This document shows positions 37,308 through 46,748 of a DNA stretch of 64,000 bases, piece by piece; the first letter of the stretch is position 1, and every line of letters starts with the position of its first letter. Source of the DNA: Bacillota bacterium (GTDB lineage Bacteria > Bacillota > Sulfobacillia > JAJZYS01 > JAILZS01). The position numbers were made by a program, and so were the translations under genes. The DNA lies in the NCBI GenBank assembly GCA_023512375.1, contig JAILZS010000007.1:894-64893 (forward strand). Reading direction: 5' to 3'. A model generated the notes under the pieces. The model ran no database searches. It was given only the letters and a program-made list of their open reading frames with translations, and was not told where the DNA came from.

Positions 37308-40300
37308 TCACCCGCGCGTCAGGGAGGCGAGGAGGGCACGGCAGCGCGCCACCTCGGGCGCGACGCCGAGCGATGCGAACTGGGCAAGCGCCCGGCCCAG
37401 GTGGGCGTGCGCGATCGACAGGCGGCCGGCCTGCGCGGCCACGATCCCTCGCACCTTGGCGCTCAGGGCCAGACCATAGGGGTACCCGTCCTCCGAGGCG
37501 ATCGCCTCGGCCCGCGCGATGGCGCGTTCGGCCGCCGGCAGGTCTCCCTGGACGGCGGCCAACTGCGCCAGGTAGGCGTACGCGTGATCCAGGAGGATGC
37601 GCATCCCTGTCCGCTCGGCCAACGCGATGGCGCGTTCCTCCGCCCGGATGCCGCCGTTCACGTCGCCCGCGTGCGCCCGGGGAAGACCCAGATGCACGGC
37701 CGCCAGGTACTGGGGCATGGCCAGACCTTCGGCCTCGGATACCCGCAGGCTTTCCTCGCCCGCCTCGACGGCGGCGGCCCACTCTCCCTCCGCGTGCAGG
37801 ACCTGCGCCAGGTGCGCCGAGGCAAGGGCGATCACCGCCGTGTTCTCCGCCTGCCGGCCTTGCTCCCTCATGTCTTGGACCACGGCGCGGGCGCGGTCGA
37901 AGTCGCCGAGAAGCGCCAGCGCCGTGCCCAACACGCCCAGGCCTTCGGCGATGTGGATGCGGCGTGGGTCGCCCAGGGCGACGGCTTCTTCGAGCAAAGA
38001 CACCGCCCGCGTGTACTCCCCTCGGAGCACGTACAGGTGGCCGAGATGGACCAGGGCGTAAGGAACCAGGTGGTGCGGCCCGGCCCGAGCGTGCTCGAGC
38101 CCCCTCTCCAAGAGGCGTTGGGCCAAGGCCAGACGCCCACGAAGCATGATCTGCAAGGCATGTCCCTGGACCAGCAACAGCTGCGATTCCGATGGTGGCT
38201 CCGCAAGCCCGGGGGCCCGGACGCCGTCGACCGACCCCTCCTCGTCTTCGCGTCCAAGGAGAAGGTTGATATGCGCAAGCCGCAAGCGGATCTCGTCGGC
38301 CAATCGCTCATGTTCCTGGGTGGCCGGCAAGGCGGACATGCAGTCGAGGGCCTTGCGAAGGCGTACCATCGCCGAGGCATACGCGTAGTTCCCAAGCGCC
38401 ATGTCGCCCAGGCGCACGTTCCAATCCAAGCCTTCGCGCCAAAGCCCGCCTTGGACGGCGTGTTCCGCCAGGGCCTCGGCCATCATGGGCGGCACCTCCG
38501 AGCCCTCCTCGCGACGGCCCATCCACCGGACGAGGGCGTGGAACGCCCGGCGGTGGAGGAGGGCGCGCCGGCTCTTGCTCATCCCCTGCCGCGCCACCTG
38601 GGCGAACACCTCGTGCCGGAAGGAGACCCGAGGAGCGCCGGCGGTCTCACGGGAACGGCCGTCGTCGGTCTCCTCGACGAGCCGTGCCTGAAGCAGGCGT
38701 TCCAGCGCCTGGACCGCCTCCTCCTCGCCCAGTCCGGCCACCTCTCGCACAGGCGCCAGGGGGACGGGCCACCGGAACACCGCCAGCGCCCTGGCCAGCG
38801 CCTGCGCCGAGGGCGAAAGTCGGATGAGCCGCGCGGCCACGACGGCCTCCACGGTGGCAGGGATCGTCCCGCCAACATGGCTTCGGTCGTCGTCGCTCGC
38901 ATCCCTCAGGGCCTGGAGCAGCTCGACGGCGAACAGGGGATTGCCACCGGTGTCACGATGCAACCGGTCCGCCAGGGCGTGGTCTTCCCTGCCGGTGACC
39001 GTGGCCACGAGGGAGCGGACGGCCTGCTGGGAGAGCGGGCCGACGTCCACCCAGTCCATGCGCCGCTCCCGCTCCAGGGTGCGGAGCAACAGGGAGGACG
39101 GGGTGGATAGGTCCTCCGCCCGGGCGGTCATGAGGACGGCGACGCCTTCCGACAGGGGATGGCGCAGGAGATAGGCCAACAGGCCAAGGCTCGTCTCATC
39201 CGCCCAGTGGAGATCCTCCACGACCAACCGCACGGGCGGCGGTAACGCAACCAGCAGCCGGACCACCGCCTCGAACAACACCTGCTGGTCGCGGAGGTGG
39301 TCCAACAGCGGGGAACGCTCCTCGGCCAATGCAGCCGCCCGCCCTGCCGCCGGTCTTTGCGCCAGCGGCACAAGGCCGGGAAGAAGGCGGTCAAGCGCCT
39401 CAAGGTAGGCCGGCATCAAGCCGATTCGGCTCATCTCGAGCCGGCCGGACAGAGCGCCGAGGGCCTCTACGAAGGGAGCGTACGGAAGCGCTTGTGACGT
39501 CTCGTAGCAGTGCCCGATCAGCGTCGTCCCCGACCATCCCTGCTTGTCCAGGACGGCCCGAGTGAGGCGCGTCTTGCCGATGCCCGTCTCGCCATGGAGA
39601 AGGACGGCGCGCGGGTTCTCGGCGCGCGCAAGACGGTCCAACACGGTGCGAACCAACTCATCGCGCCCGACCACCGGCAGGGGCCTTCCTCGCCCAAGCG
39701 CCCCCGCACCCACGCCACGGACCGCACTCGCGCTTGGGACGGACATCCGACCTTCGGCAATGGCGTCTCGAAGCGCCGTCGTGGCCGGATCCGGTTCGAC
39801 CGCCAACTGGGTCCGAAGCAGTCGACGGCAGGTCTCATATTGCGCGAGGGCCGCGGAACGATTGCCCGAGGCTGCCAGGGCCAACATCAACCGCCGGTGA
39901 AAGGTCTCCTCCGCCGGATCGATCCCGAGAGCCTGCCGACTATACGCGGCGAGGCTCTGCCAGTTTCCGCCCGCCTCTGCCTGCCGGGACAGGCGCTCGA
40001 GGATCTCCAGCGCGCGCCGGTCCCAAAACTCGCGTTGCCGTTGGAGCCATTCCTCATAGGCTTCGCTGTCCGGCAGGGAGAAACCGTCCAGGAACGGCCC
40101 GCGGCGCACCGCCACCGCCGCCGCCAGCTCGGATGCCTCGCGCTCGTAGCCCCCCCCGCCTGCCTGGGGAGGATCGGCGGACTGCCCAGCGGACTTGCAG
40201 AAGTCCGCCAGGTCCACTTCCACAGGCGCGTCGGGGTCCCAGGCGAGCCTGTCCCTGAAGGTCCGGATGGGAAAGACGGGCAACGCGCGCCGAAGGGACA

Positions 40301-40502
40301 CCAGGACGGCGGTCAGGGTCCGCCGGCCGCTGCGCTCGTCCGCGTCCTCCCAAAGGAGGCTGGCGAGATGGCTGCGCGTGAAGCTGCCGGTGGGTTGAGC
40401 GGCCAGGTACCAGACAAGCGCCTCGCCCTTCTTCGTGGAGAGCGTGACGGGACCCGTGGCCCCGATCATGTACGGTTTGCCCAACAGGCCGAGTCGCAGC
40501 AT
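37308..40502 (-). CDS. SARP/AfsR-like transcriptional regulator: OmpR-type winged helix plus BTAD, NB-ARC/AAA ATPase and a long TPR array
   Basis: The N-terminal SARP wHTH (LLGKPYMIGATGPVTLSTKKGEALVWYLA...LASLLWED), a BTAD domain, Walker A LLHGETGIGKTRL, a Walker B hhhhDDLHWAD-type segment and TPR-like repeats to the C-terminus. Confidence 0.8.
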   Translation of the reverse strand: MLRLGLLGKPYMIGATGPVTLSTKKGEALVWYLAAQPTGSFTRSHLASLLWEDADERSGRRTLTAVLVSLRRALPVFPIRTFRDRLAWDPDAPVEVDLADFCKSAGQSADPPQAGGGGYEREASELAAAVAVRRGPFLDGFSLPDSEAYEEWLQRQREFWDRRALEILERLSRQAEAGGNWQSLAAYSRQALGIDPAEETFHRRLMLALAASGNRSAALAQYETCRRLLRTQLAVEPDPATTALRDAIAEGRMSVPSASAVRGVGAGALGRGRPLPVVGRDELVRTVLDRLARAENPRAVLLHGETGIGKTRLTRAVLDKQGWSGTTLIGHCYETSQALPYAPFVEALGALSGRLEMSRIGLMPAYLEALDRLLPGLVPLAQRPAAGRAAALAEERSPLLDHLRDQQVLFEAVVRLLVALPPPVRLVVEDLHWADETSLGLLAYLLRHPLSEGVAVLMTARAEDLSTPSSLLLRTLERERRMDWVDVGPLSQQAVRSLVATVTGREDHALADRLHRDTGGNPLFAVELLQALRDASDDDRSHVGGTIPATVEAVVAARLIRLSPSAQALARALAVFRWPVPLAPVREVAGLGEEEAVQALERLLQARLVEETDDGRSRETAGAPRVSFRHEVFAQVARQGMSKSRRALLHRRAFHALVRWMGRREEGSEVPPMMAEALAEHAVQGGLWREGLDWNVRLGDMALGNYAYASAMVRLRKALDCMSALPATQEHERLADEIRLRLAHINLLLGREDEEGSVDGVRAPGLAEPPSESQLLLVQGHALQIMLRGRLALAQRLLERGLEHARAGPHHLVPYALVHLGHLYVLRGEYTRAVSLLEEAVALGDPRRIHIAEGLGVLGTALALLGDFDRARAVVQDMREQGRQAENTAVIALASAHLAQVLHAEGEWAAAVEAGEESLRVSEAEGLAMPQYLAAVHLGLPRAHAGDVNGGIRAEERAIALAERTGMRILLDHAYAYLAQLAAVQGDLPAAERAIARAEAIASEDGYPYGLALSAKVRGIVAAQAGRLSIAHAHLGRALAQFASLGVAPEVARCRALLASLTRG

Positions 40503-40631
40503 GGAGGCACGCACCGCATCTGCCCGGGCCTCGACGCCGGGAGGCCGGGGAAATCTCGTGCCCAGGGATTCGTCGCCATGCCCCTCGCTACCTGCCCCCT
40601 TCCCGCTGCGGCAGGAGCACCGTCGGTCCCT

Positions 40632-40661
40632 CGTTTGCAGTCCATTCGCGGCGCGTTTGCA
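40632..40661. promoter_or_regulatory. Direct repeat CGTTTGCA x2 with 22-bp spacing (two helical turns) in the divergent promoter region between the SARP-like regulator and the cupredoxin gene
   Basis: Seen directly: TCGTTTGCAGTCCATTCGCGGCGCGTTTGCATCTCC. SARP/OmpR-type activators bind direct repeats at 11- or 22-bp phasing. Confidence 0.35.
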
Positions 40662-41095
40662 TCTCCGTGCTACCTTCGTCTCCGCGGTCGACCGCCCGGG
40701 GCGTCTTCTCAGGGCTCCGAACGGCAGTAGGAGGACGACGTGCGTCTGCACGGCTGTCTTCGCTGCAGGGCAGGCGGCGCGGCAGCGACATGGTTCCCCA
40801 TCCCACGTCCCCGCAACGCAGCCGGGGTGCAACGCGCCGTCAGGCCCCCGGTGCAGGGGGAACGCGTCGGAGACCTTGCGCCGCCCGCATCGTTCTGTCG
40901 CGTCCGATGTAGGGCCGATTGCGCCGCGCCTCGCCGCCAGGAAGGAAGACGAGGTAAGCGGGTCGGTGCCTGGGAGACCGCCCTGGGCGTTCGCGGGCAA
41001 CCGGAAGCGGCGTCGACCGCCCGCGACCCGGGCAGGGGTGCCTCGACCGTGTGACAGCCGCGAAGGTTCGTATCCAATGCTCAGGGGGTTACAGG

Positions 41096-42409
41096 TTGAA
41101 AACGTCTTGGGCGAGAGGGCTTCGTGCCGGATTTGCGGCCGGAGTCGCAGCGCTGGGCGTGCTGGTCGCGGGTCAGGGCTTGACGGCCAAGGCGGCCGCC
41201 GCCCCGCGCGTGTGGTACGTGAGCGTCGGCGCCGAGAGTGCGCATTCGGCGATCGAAGCGATGGGATTCTACCCGGGCGTCATCACGATCGACGCCGGGG
41301 ACAGCGTGGTGTGGACGCTTCACTCGATGGAACCGCATACGGTCACCTTCCTGGGCGGCGTGCGCTTGACCCCCAAGCTCCTAAGCGACTTTGCGCCGGC
41401 AGGTGGCGGAACCTATACGGGGACGGGGCTCCACAGCTCTGGCATGCTGGCCGGTCCTCACCGGACCTATCGGCTGACCTTCCCCAAGCCGGGCTTCTAT
41501 CCGTATCTGTGCCTCATGCACGGTACGGCGATGTCCGGACTCGTGATCGTGAATCCCGCCGGTACGCCCTATCCGATGACACAGGCGCAGTACCATCGCC
41601 TCGCCAGCCAGGAGGAGGAGGCAGCGCTGGCGGCCGGTCAGGCCGCCGCGTCTGGCGCCGTTCTGAGCACATCCCCGGGACCGAACGGAAGCACGATCTA
41701 CCACGTGCTCGCCGGCATCGACAGCGGCCCCACGGTGATGACACGGCTGGAGCCCACCCAGGTGGGGTCGACGGCGGGCGGCCAGGCAACCCTCACCCAG
41801 GAAGGGCCGGGCGTCATCGCGGTGACGGTGACCGTTTGGGGCCTCAAGCCGGGCAGCGTCCTCTCGGATGGGATCGGGATCGGCACATGCTCGGAACCGG
41901 GACCCGGCGTCGATCGCCTGAACCCCCTGAAGGCCGACGCCCGGGGGCTCGCCACCGCCACGACCCTCATCACGGGTAACCCGCAACTGTTGGCCATCCC
42001 CAGCGCCGGCTGGACCGTCGACGTCGGGCCGAGCGGATCGGCGGGGAACGGGACCGCCGCCGTCGCCTGCGGCGCCGTTTCCGCCCCGGCGGCCACCGGC
42101 ATGCGCTTCTACCCCTGGACGGTGACCATCCACGTGGGCGACCAGGTGCAGTGGCTGGAGGCCTCCTCCATGGAGATTCACACCGTCACCTTCCTGGCCA
42201 AGGGCCAGAAGGCGCCGCAGTTCGGCAGCCCGGCTTCGGTGCGGCCTGCAGGCGGTCCGGTCTACAACGGCAGCGGGTACTTCAACTCGGGCGTCATGAC
42301 CCCGGGTCAGACGTACACCCTGACGTTCACCAAGCCCGGCGTGTACGCCTACCATTGCCTCGTGCACGACGACATGGGGATGATCGGAAGGGTGATCGTG
42401 CTTCCCTGA
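41096..42409 (+). CDS. Secreted two-domain cupredoxin (plastocyanin/pseudoazurin-like blue copper protein)
   Basis: A signal peptide with a TTG start at 41096 after a GGGGG Shine-Dalgarno (an alternative GTG at 41051). Two type-1 copper sites: HTVTF...CLMHGTAM and HTVTF...CLVHDDMGM. Confidence 0.75.
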   Translation: MKTSWARGLRAGFAAGVAALGVLVAGQGLTAKAAAAPRVWYVSVGAESAHSAIEAMGFYPGVITIDAGDSVVWTLHSMEPHTVTFLGGVRLTPKLLSDFAPAGGGTYTGTGLHSSGMLAGPHRTYRLTFPKPGFYPYLCLMHGTAMSGLVIVNPAGTPYPMTQAQYHRLASQEEEAALAAGQAAASGAVLSTSPGPNGSTIYHVLAGIDSGPTVMTRLEPTQVGSTAGGQATLTQEGPGVIAVTVTVWGLKPGSVLSDGIGIGTCSEPGPGVDRLNPLKADARGLATATTLITGNPQLLAIPSAGWTVDVGPSGSAGNGTAAVACGAVSAPAATGMRFYPWTVTIHVGDQVQWLEASSMEIHTVTFLAKGQKAPQFGSPASVRPAGGPVYNGSGYFNSGVMTPGQTYTLTFTKPGVYAYHCLVHDDMGMIGRVIVLP

Positions 42410-42441
42410 CCGCCGGAGCGAAGCCGCTGCTGCGGGAGCCT

Positions 42442-42472
42442 GGGACGCCGGGGTGTCGCACCCCGGCGTCCC
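42442..42472 (+). terminator. Strong GC hairpin 3' of the cupredoxin gene (candidate terminator; no U-tract)
   Basis: Seen directly: GGGACGCCGGGGTG tcg CACCCCGGCGTCCC, a perfect 14-bp stem about 35 bp after the stop. Confidence 0.5.
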
Positions 42473-42867
42473 GCCGTTGCAGCCGGAACGGGCCTCGGCC
42501 GCCTGCCATGGCGGGCCGGCGGCGGGTTGGCGTCAGCCGCCCGCGGCTCCCCATAGCGGCCGGGGACGGCCTGCAACCTCTTGCCGGGAGGACCCCGGTG
42601 CGCGCCGCCGAATGCCCTCGCCGGAACAGAGGGGGCAACCCATTGGCGAGGGGGCGCCCGGCGGGCGACGCAGGAGGGTGCCGCTCGCCGCCGGCCCTGT
42701 CGGGTGCAGGATCGAGCGCGGCGGGGCGGCGGCTCGGGCCCGCGTGCCCCACCCTGGCGCGCCACCCCTGCCACCCCGCTTCGAAGGCGCCGTCCCCCTT
42801 GCCGCACCCGCCCGCGGCGGCCCGGGGGTCGCCGCGCGCCCACCCGCCCCCGCGGGAGGAGTGACGA

Positions 42868-43359
42868 GTGGACCGTGACGACATGCGCATGCTCGCCGCC
42901 CACCTCCAGTGGGCGGACCGCCGGGTCGCCGACGCCCTCTTGCCTCTCGCCCCCGCCGTCGTGAGCCGGCCCCTGCCCTCCAGCCACGGCTCCCTCCTCG
43001 CCACCGCCGCCCACCTGTTCGGGGCGGAGTGGACGTGGCTCGAGCGCGTGCGCGGGCACAGCCCCGCCCAGGTGGGCCCGCCGGAAGGCGTCGCCCGCCT
43101 CGACGACCTCCTCTCCCGCTGGCCCGCCGTCTGGGAGGGATGGCGGAAGGTGGCGGAGACCGCCGACCCGGGCGCCGTCGTCGCCTACCGCACCACCGCG
43201 GGCGCGCCCCACGCCACCACCCTCGCCCACGTCCTCCTGCACGTGGCGCTCCACTCCGCCCAGTACCGGGGACAGGTGGCCGCCATGCTCCGCTCCCTCG
43301 GCCTTCCCGCCCCCGGCACCGACCTCATCGCGTACCTCAGGCGCCCTCCTGGCGGCTGA
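42868..43359 (+). CDS. DinB/YfiT-family (DinB_2 four-helix bundle) protein
   Basis: A GGGAGGAG Shine-Dalgarno then GTG. The LHVALHSAQYRGQ His-rich C-terminal motif is typical of the DinB_2 family. Confidence 0.6.
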   Translation: MDRDDMRMLAAHLQWADRRVADALLPLAPAVVSRPLPSSHGSLLATAAHLFGAEWTWLERVRGHSPAQVGPPEGVARLDDLLSRWPAVWEGWRKVAETADPGAVVAYRTTAGAPHATTLAHVLLHVALHSAQYRGQVAAMLRSLGLPAPGTDLIAYLRRPPGG

Positions 43360-43405
43360 CGGGAGCGGCCTCCCACCCGTGTGACGAAAGGAGCGTGCGT
43401 CCCCT

Positions 43406-44344
43406 GTGGCCGACGCGCCGAATCTGGACAGCGTGCGGGCTGCGCTCCTCGCCCTCCTGGACGAGGCCTTCCTGGGGCCGCCCGAGGGCGAGGCGTACGG
43501 CGACTTCACCACCGGTCCGGGCACGGGCTGGCTCTCCACGCTGGCCCAGTTGCCGCCCGGCCTCGCCTCCGCCCGGCCGTTCGGCGTCCGCCCCTCGATC
43601 GCCGCCCACGCCGAGCACGTCCGCCTCTCCTTGGAGAGTGAGAACGCCGCGGCCGAGGGGCGGGAAGCGGAGCCGGACTGGGAGGCGGCATGGCGCTCAG
43701 CGCCCGCCGACCCCCAGGCGCTGGCGGCGGTGGGAGAGGGGCTGCGGCAGGCGTATGAGGCGACGCGCCGCCGCCTCGCCGAAGCTCCTTGGCGCGACGG
43801 CGGCGACATCCGCCGCGCCCTGACCGCCGTCGTGCACGCCGCCTACCACCTGGGGGCGGCGCGGCAGGCCTTGCGCCTCCTGGAAGCGGGGGACGGCGCC
43901 GACGGCGCCGTCCACCTCACCGCCTTCGTCCCGTACGACCGCGCCCTTGCCGGCCTCGCCCCCGAGCGCGCCGTGCGCGCCCCCGCCGGGGCGCCCTACT
44001 CGCCTGCGCAGGTGCTCGCCCACATGGCGTTCTGGCAGGACTGGCTCCTAGCCCAGGCGCGGGGCGAGGCGCCGGCCTTCCCCGCGCACGCCGAGGCGGG
44101 CTGGCCGACCCCCGACGCCGACGCCTGGCCCGATCTGGTGACGCGCTTTCTCGCTGGCCTTACGGAGGCGAGGACGCTCGCCCGCGACAGCGCCGTCCGC
44201 CACCGGGCCCTGGCCCGGGGCGGCACGGGCGGGCGCGTCCTGGCCGACCTGGCCGTGCACAACGCCCATCACCTCGGGCAGATCGTCCTCCTTCGCCGCC
44301 TGGCAGGCGACTGGCCTCCCCCCGGGGGAGGGGACACCTGGTAG
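43406..44344 (+). CDS. Tandem DinB-fold protein (two DinB_2-like halves)
   Basis: The second half ends with LAVHNAHHLGQIVLLRR (the DinB_2 HxxxH/HH motif). The first half has VVHAAYHLGAARQAL. Confidence 0.55.
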   Translation: MADAPNLDSVRAALLALLDEAFLGPPEGEAYGDFTTGPGTGWLSTLAQLPPGLASARPFGVRPSIAAHAEHVRLSLESENAAAEGREAEPDWEAAWRSAPADPQALAAVGEGLRQAYEATRRRLAEAPWRDGGDIRRALTAVVHAAYHLGAARQALRLLEAGDGADGAVHLTAFVPYDRALAGLAPERAVRAPAGAPYSPAQVLAHMAFWQDWLLAQARGEAPAFPAHAEAGWPTPDADAWPDLVTRFLAGLTEARTLARDSAVRHRALARGGTGGRVLADLAVHNAHHLGQIVLLRRLAGDWPPPGGGDTW

Positions 44345-44363
44345 CCGCCCCGCCGCCCTGCCG

Positions 44364-45200
44364 TCACAGGCCCCATCCTTCGCCCGCGCCGGGCCGGCGC
44401 CCGAGCGCCGCGTCGAGGTCGCGCAGGTAGGGGTTATGCTCCGCCCGCTCCTCGGCCACCCGCTCCAGGTCGAGCTCCACGGTCAGGCACGCCTCCTCGC
44501 GCGCCCCCGCCCGGGCCAACACCCGCCCGTCCGGCCCCACCACCTGGCTCCTTCCCCCGAAGGCGACATGCCCGTCGCGCCCCACGCGGTTGGCCACCGC
44601 CAGGTAGCAGGCGTTCTCGGCCGCCCGCGCCCGCGCGAACAGCTCGAACAGGCCGATGTCGGCGCGGTCCCAGGCCGCCCCCACCGCCAGGAGCTCGGCT
44701 CCGCCCAGGGCCAGGGGCCGCGACCACTCGGGGAAGGCCAGGTCCCAGCACACGCCCAGGCCGATTCGCACGCCCGCCACCGCCGCCACCGCGGACTCGT
44801 GTCCGCGGGCGTAGGCGAGCTGCTCCTCCTGCCACAAGAAGCGCTTTCGGTACCGGGCCCGCTCCCGCCCGGTCGGGTCGATCAGGTACAGGCTGTCGTA
44901 CACCACGCCGGGAAGGGACGCGTCCTCCTCCGCATTCCCCACGACCACCGCCACGCCCGCCGCCGCCGCGGCCTGCGCCACCCGGGCGAGCGCCTCGCCC
45001 GCGCCCCCCAGGGCGCGATGCGCCCTGGGCCCGGCGACGTAGCCCGTCAGCGCCAGCTCCGGGAAGAGGGCGAGATCGGGGGGCGGATCGGCCGCCCCCA
45101 GGGCGCGGATGCGCTCCGCCAGGCGGGCGGCGTTTTCCTCCGCCCGGCCGAGCGCCGCCGCCGTCTGGCAGACGGCGACGCGCAGCGCGCGCCCCCTCAC
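44364..45200 (-). CDS. Carbon-nitrogen hydrolase (nitrilase/amidase superfamily)
   Basis: N-terminus LRVAVCQ, the catalytic triad context (E in FPELALTGY, K in RYRKRFLW, C in GLGVCWDLAFPE). GTG start sharing GTGA with the upstream gene. Confidence 0.8.
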   Translation of the reverse strand: MRGRALRVAVCQTAAALGRAEENAARLAERIRALGAADPPPDLALFPELALTGYVAGPRAHRALGGAGEALARVAQAAAAAGVAVVVGNAEEDASLPGVVYDSLYLIDPTGRERARYRKRFLWQEEQLAYARGHESAVAAVAGVRIGLGVCWDLAFPEWSRPLALGGAELLAVGAAWDRADIGLFELFARARAAENACYLAVANRVGRDGHVAFGGRSQVVGPDGRVLARAGAREEACLTVELDLERVAEERAEHNPYLRDLDAALGRRPGAGEGWGL

Positions 45201-46012
45201 GGCACAAGCGCCGCCGCGTCGCGCGCGGTGAGCCACCGGATCCCGGCCCGCCCGTGCCACCTCCCCAGCCATTCGCGCAGGGCGAAGGCCGGTCCGGGCC
45301 GGCCGCTGATCCAGGGGTGGACGGTGAACAGCGCCAGGCCGCCGAACGCCATGCGGGCGCTCAGCTCGTGCTCCCAGGCGGCGATCCACTCCGCCGCCGA
45401 GCGCAGCGGGTACTCGAGGCCCGGCTCCGGCAGATAGCCCAGCCACTCCCAGTCGTCCAGCTGCCAGTGGGTGGGTAGCTCCACCATCGCCTCGGACAGG
45501 CGATAGGGCCAGTCGCGGTCCATGAGGCTCGCGTCGTAGCGCAGGCCATGGGCCGCGGCGAGGGCGAGCGTTTCTGGCCCGGGATCCCAGAACGGCGCCT
45601 TGTAGCCCACCGGCTCGGCGCCCTGGGCGCGCAGGACGGCGAGGCCGCGTTCGATCTCCTCGCGCTCCTCCTCCGGCCCCAGCGCCGCCGGCCGGCGATG
45701 GCGGTAGCCGTGCGCCGCCACCTCGTGACCGGCGGCGAGGATGGCGGGCACCACCTCCGGATGGAGCTCCGCCACCCGCCCGGGGACGAAGAACGTGGCC
45801 GGCACCCCGGCCTCCGCCAGGACCTCGATGAGCCGTCCCACGCCCACCTCCGGCCCGTAGCGGGCGAGGCTTTCGAGCATGGGGCGGCGCTCCATGCCCG
45901 GCGCCGCCTCGCCCACGCCCGCCTCGCCGTCCACGTCCACCGTGAACACGCCGACGGCCCGTATGTCCGCCGGCCACCACGCCGGCCGCGCCGCCGAACC
46001 CCGGGGGCTCAC
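45197..46012 (-). CDS. Polysaccharide-deacetylase (NodB-homology, CE4) family amidohydrolase
   Basis: VFTVDVDGE (TFDDG-like motif 1), HGYRH (motif 2) and downstream NodB motifs. GTGA overlap with the upstream gene. Confidence 0.7.
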   Translation of the reverse strand: MSPRGSAARPAWWPADIRAVGVFTVDVDGEAGVGEAAPGMERRPMLESLARYGPEVGVGRLIEVLAEAGVPATFFVPGRVAELHPEVVPAILAAGHEVAAHGYRHRRPAALGPEEEREEIERGLAVLRAQGAEPVGYKAPFWDPGPETLALAAAHGLRYDASLMDRDWPYRLSEAMVELPTHWQLDDWEWLGYLPEPGLEYPLRSAAEWIAAWEHELSARMAFGGLALFTVHPWISGRPGPAFALREWLGRWHGRAGIRWLTARDAAALVP

Positions 46013-46728
46013 CCGTGCGCCTCCTCCTCGGGCTCCTCGTACCAGCGCACCCGCTCCCCCACGCGGGCGCGCAGCTTCCACCGCATGCTCTTGGGCAGCG
46101 CCTGCCAGCGCGCGGCCAAGTCGCGCGCGGCGGCGGCGGCGCGCCGGCCGGGCTCTCCCCGCTCGCCTGCCCACGCCTCCACCTTGGCCAGCGTGCCCGT
46201 GGCCGTCCGCCACAGGCCCCAGTCGTCGGCCACCAGGCGGTCGACCGTCTCCAGCCTGAGCCCTGCCGGGTACAGGTCGTGCAGGATGGCGGCGGCGTCC
46301 ACCAGGTCCTTCTCGTTCGCCTGCACGATCTGCAGCTTGGTCATGAGGAGCATCGCCGGGTCGATCGTCGCCTCGAGCGAGATGGCGCGTTCGAGGGGCA
46401 GGGTGTGGCAGAGCCGGAACTGGTCGACGAACACGTCGAGCTGGAACTGGCCCGGCTCGTGCCAGAAGTACAGCCGCTCCTGGCCGTGCAGGGCGTTGAA
46501 GTGGGCGTCGGGGGTGAACCCCAGCCCCTCCAGGCATTTGGCCACCTGCGCCGAGTGCGTGCCGCGCGTGGCCAGGTCGATGTCCTTGTACTCGCGCGCG
46601 AACGGCCCCTCCGGCGCGGCGCTCGGGCAGAGCACGGACACCGCCATGCCGCCCAGAAGGCCCGCCGGGGCGCCGATGCCGTGGAGGGTGTCGAGGATGG
46701 TGAGCCCCAGCGACCGATCCGCCGCCAT
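46009..46728 (-). CDS. Nucleotidyltransferase-fold protein
   Basis: A GxS...DIDL-type minimal NTase motif (PEGPFAREYKDIDLA). Otherwise uncharacterized. Confidence 0.45.
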   Translation of the reverse strand: MAADRSLGLTILDTLHGIGAPAGLLGGMAVSVLCPSAAPEGPFAREYKDIDLATRGTHSAQVAKCLEGLGFTPDAHFNALHGQERLYFWHEPGQFQLDVFVDQFRLCHTLPLERAISLEATIDPAMLLMTKLQIVQANEKDLVDAAAILHDLYPAGLRLETVDRLVADDWGLWRTATGTLAKVEAWAGERGEPGRRAAAAARDLAARWQALPKSMRWKLRARVGERVRWYEEPEEEAHG

Positions 46729-46748
46729 GTCGATCCCTCCCTGTGGCC

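Noticed and set aside
36990-39110. 706-aa plus-strand ORF and others antisense to the SARP-like regulator
   Set aside because: No motifs; the opposite strand carries a coherent wHTH-BTAD-ATPase-TPR protein.
37308-40502. Possibility that the NB-ARC plus TPR protein is an antiviral STAND (Avs-like) defence NTPase, given nearby TA modules and an IS remnant
   Set aside because: The N-terminus is a SARP-type winged-helix DNA-binding domain followed by a BTAD. This is the AfsR/DnrI transcription-activator architecture, not a nuclease or other effector domain. A regulator is the better call.
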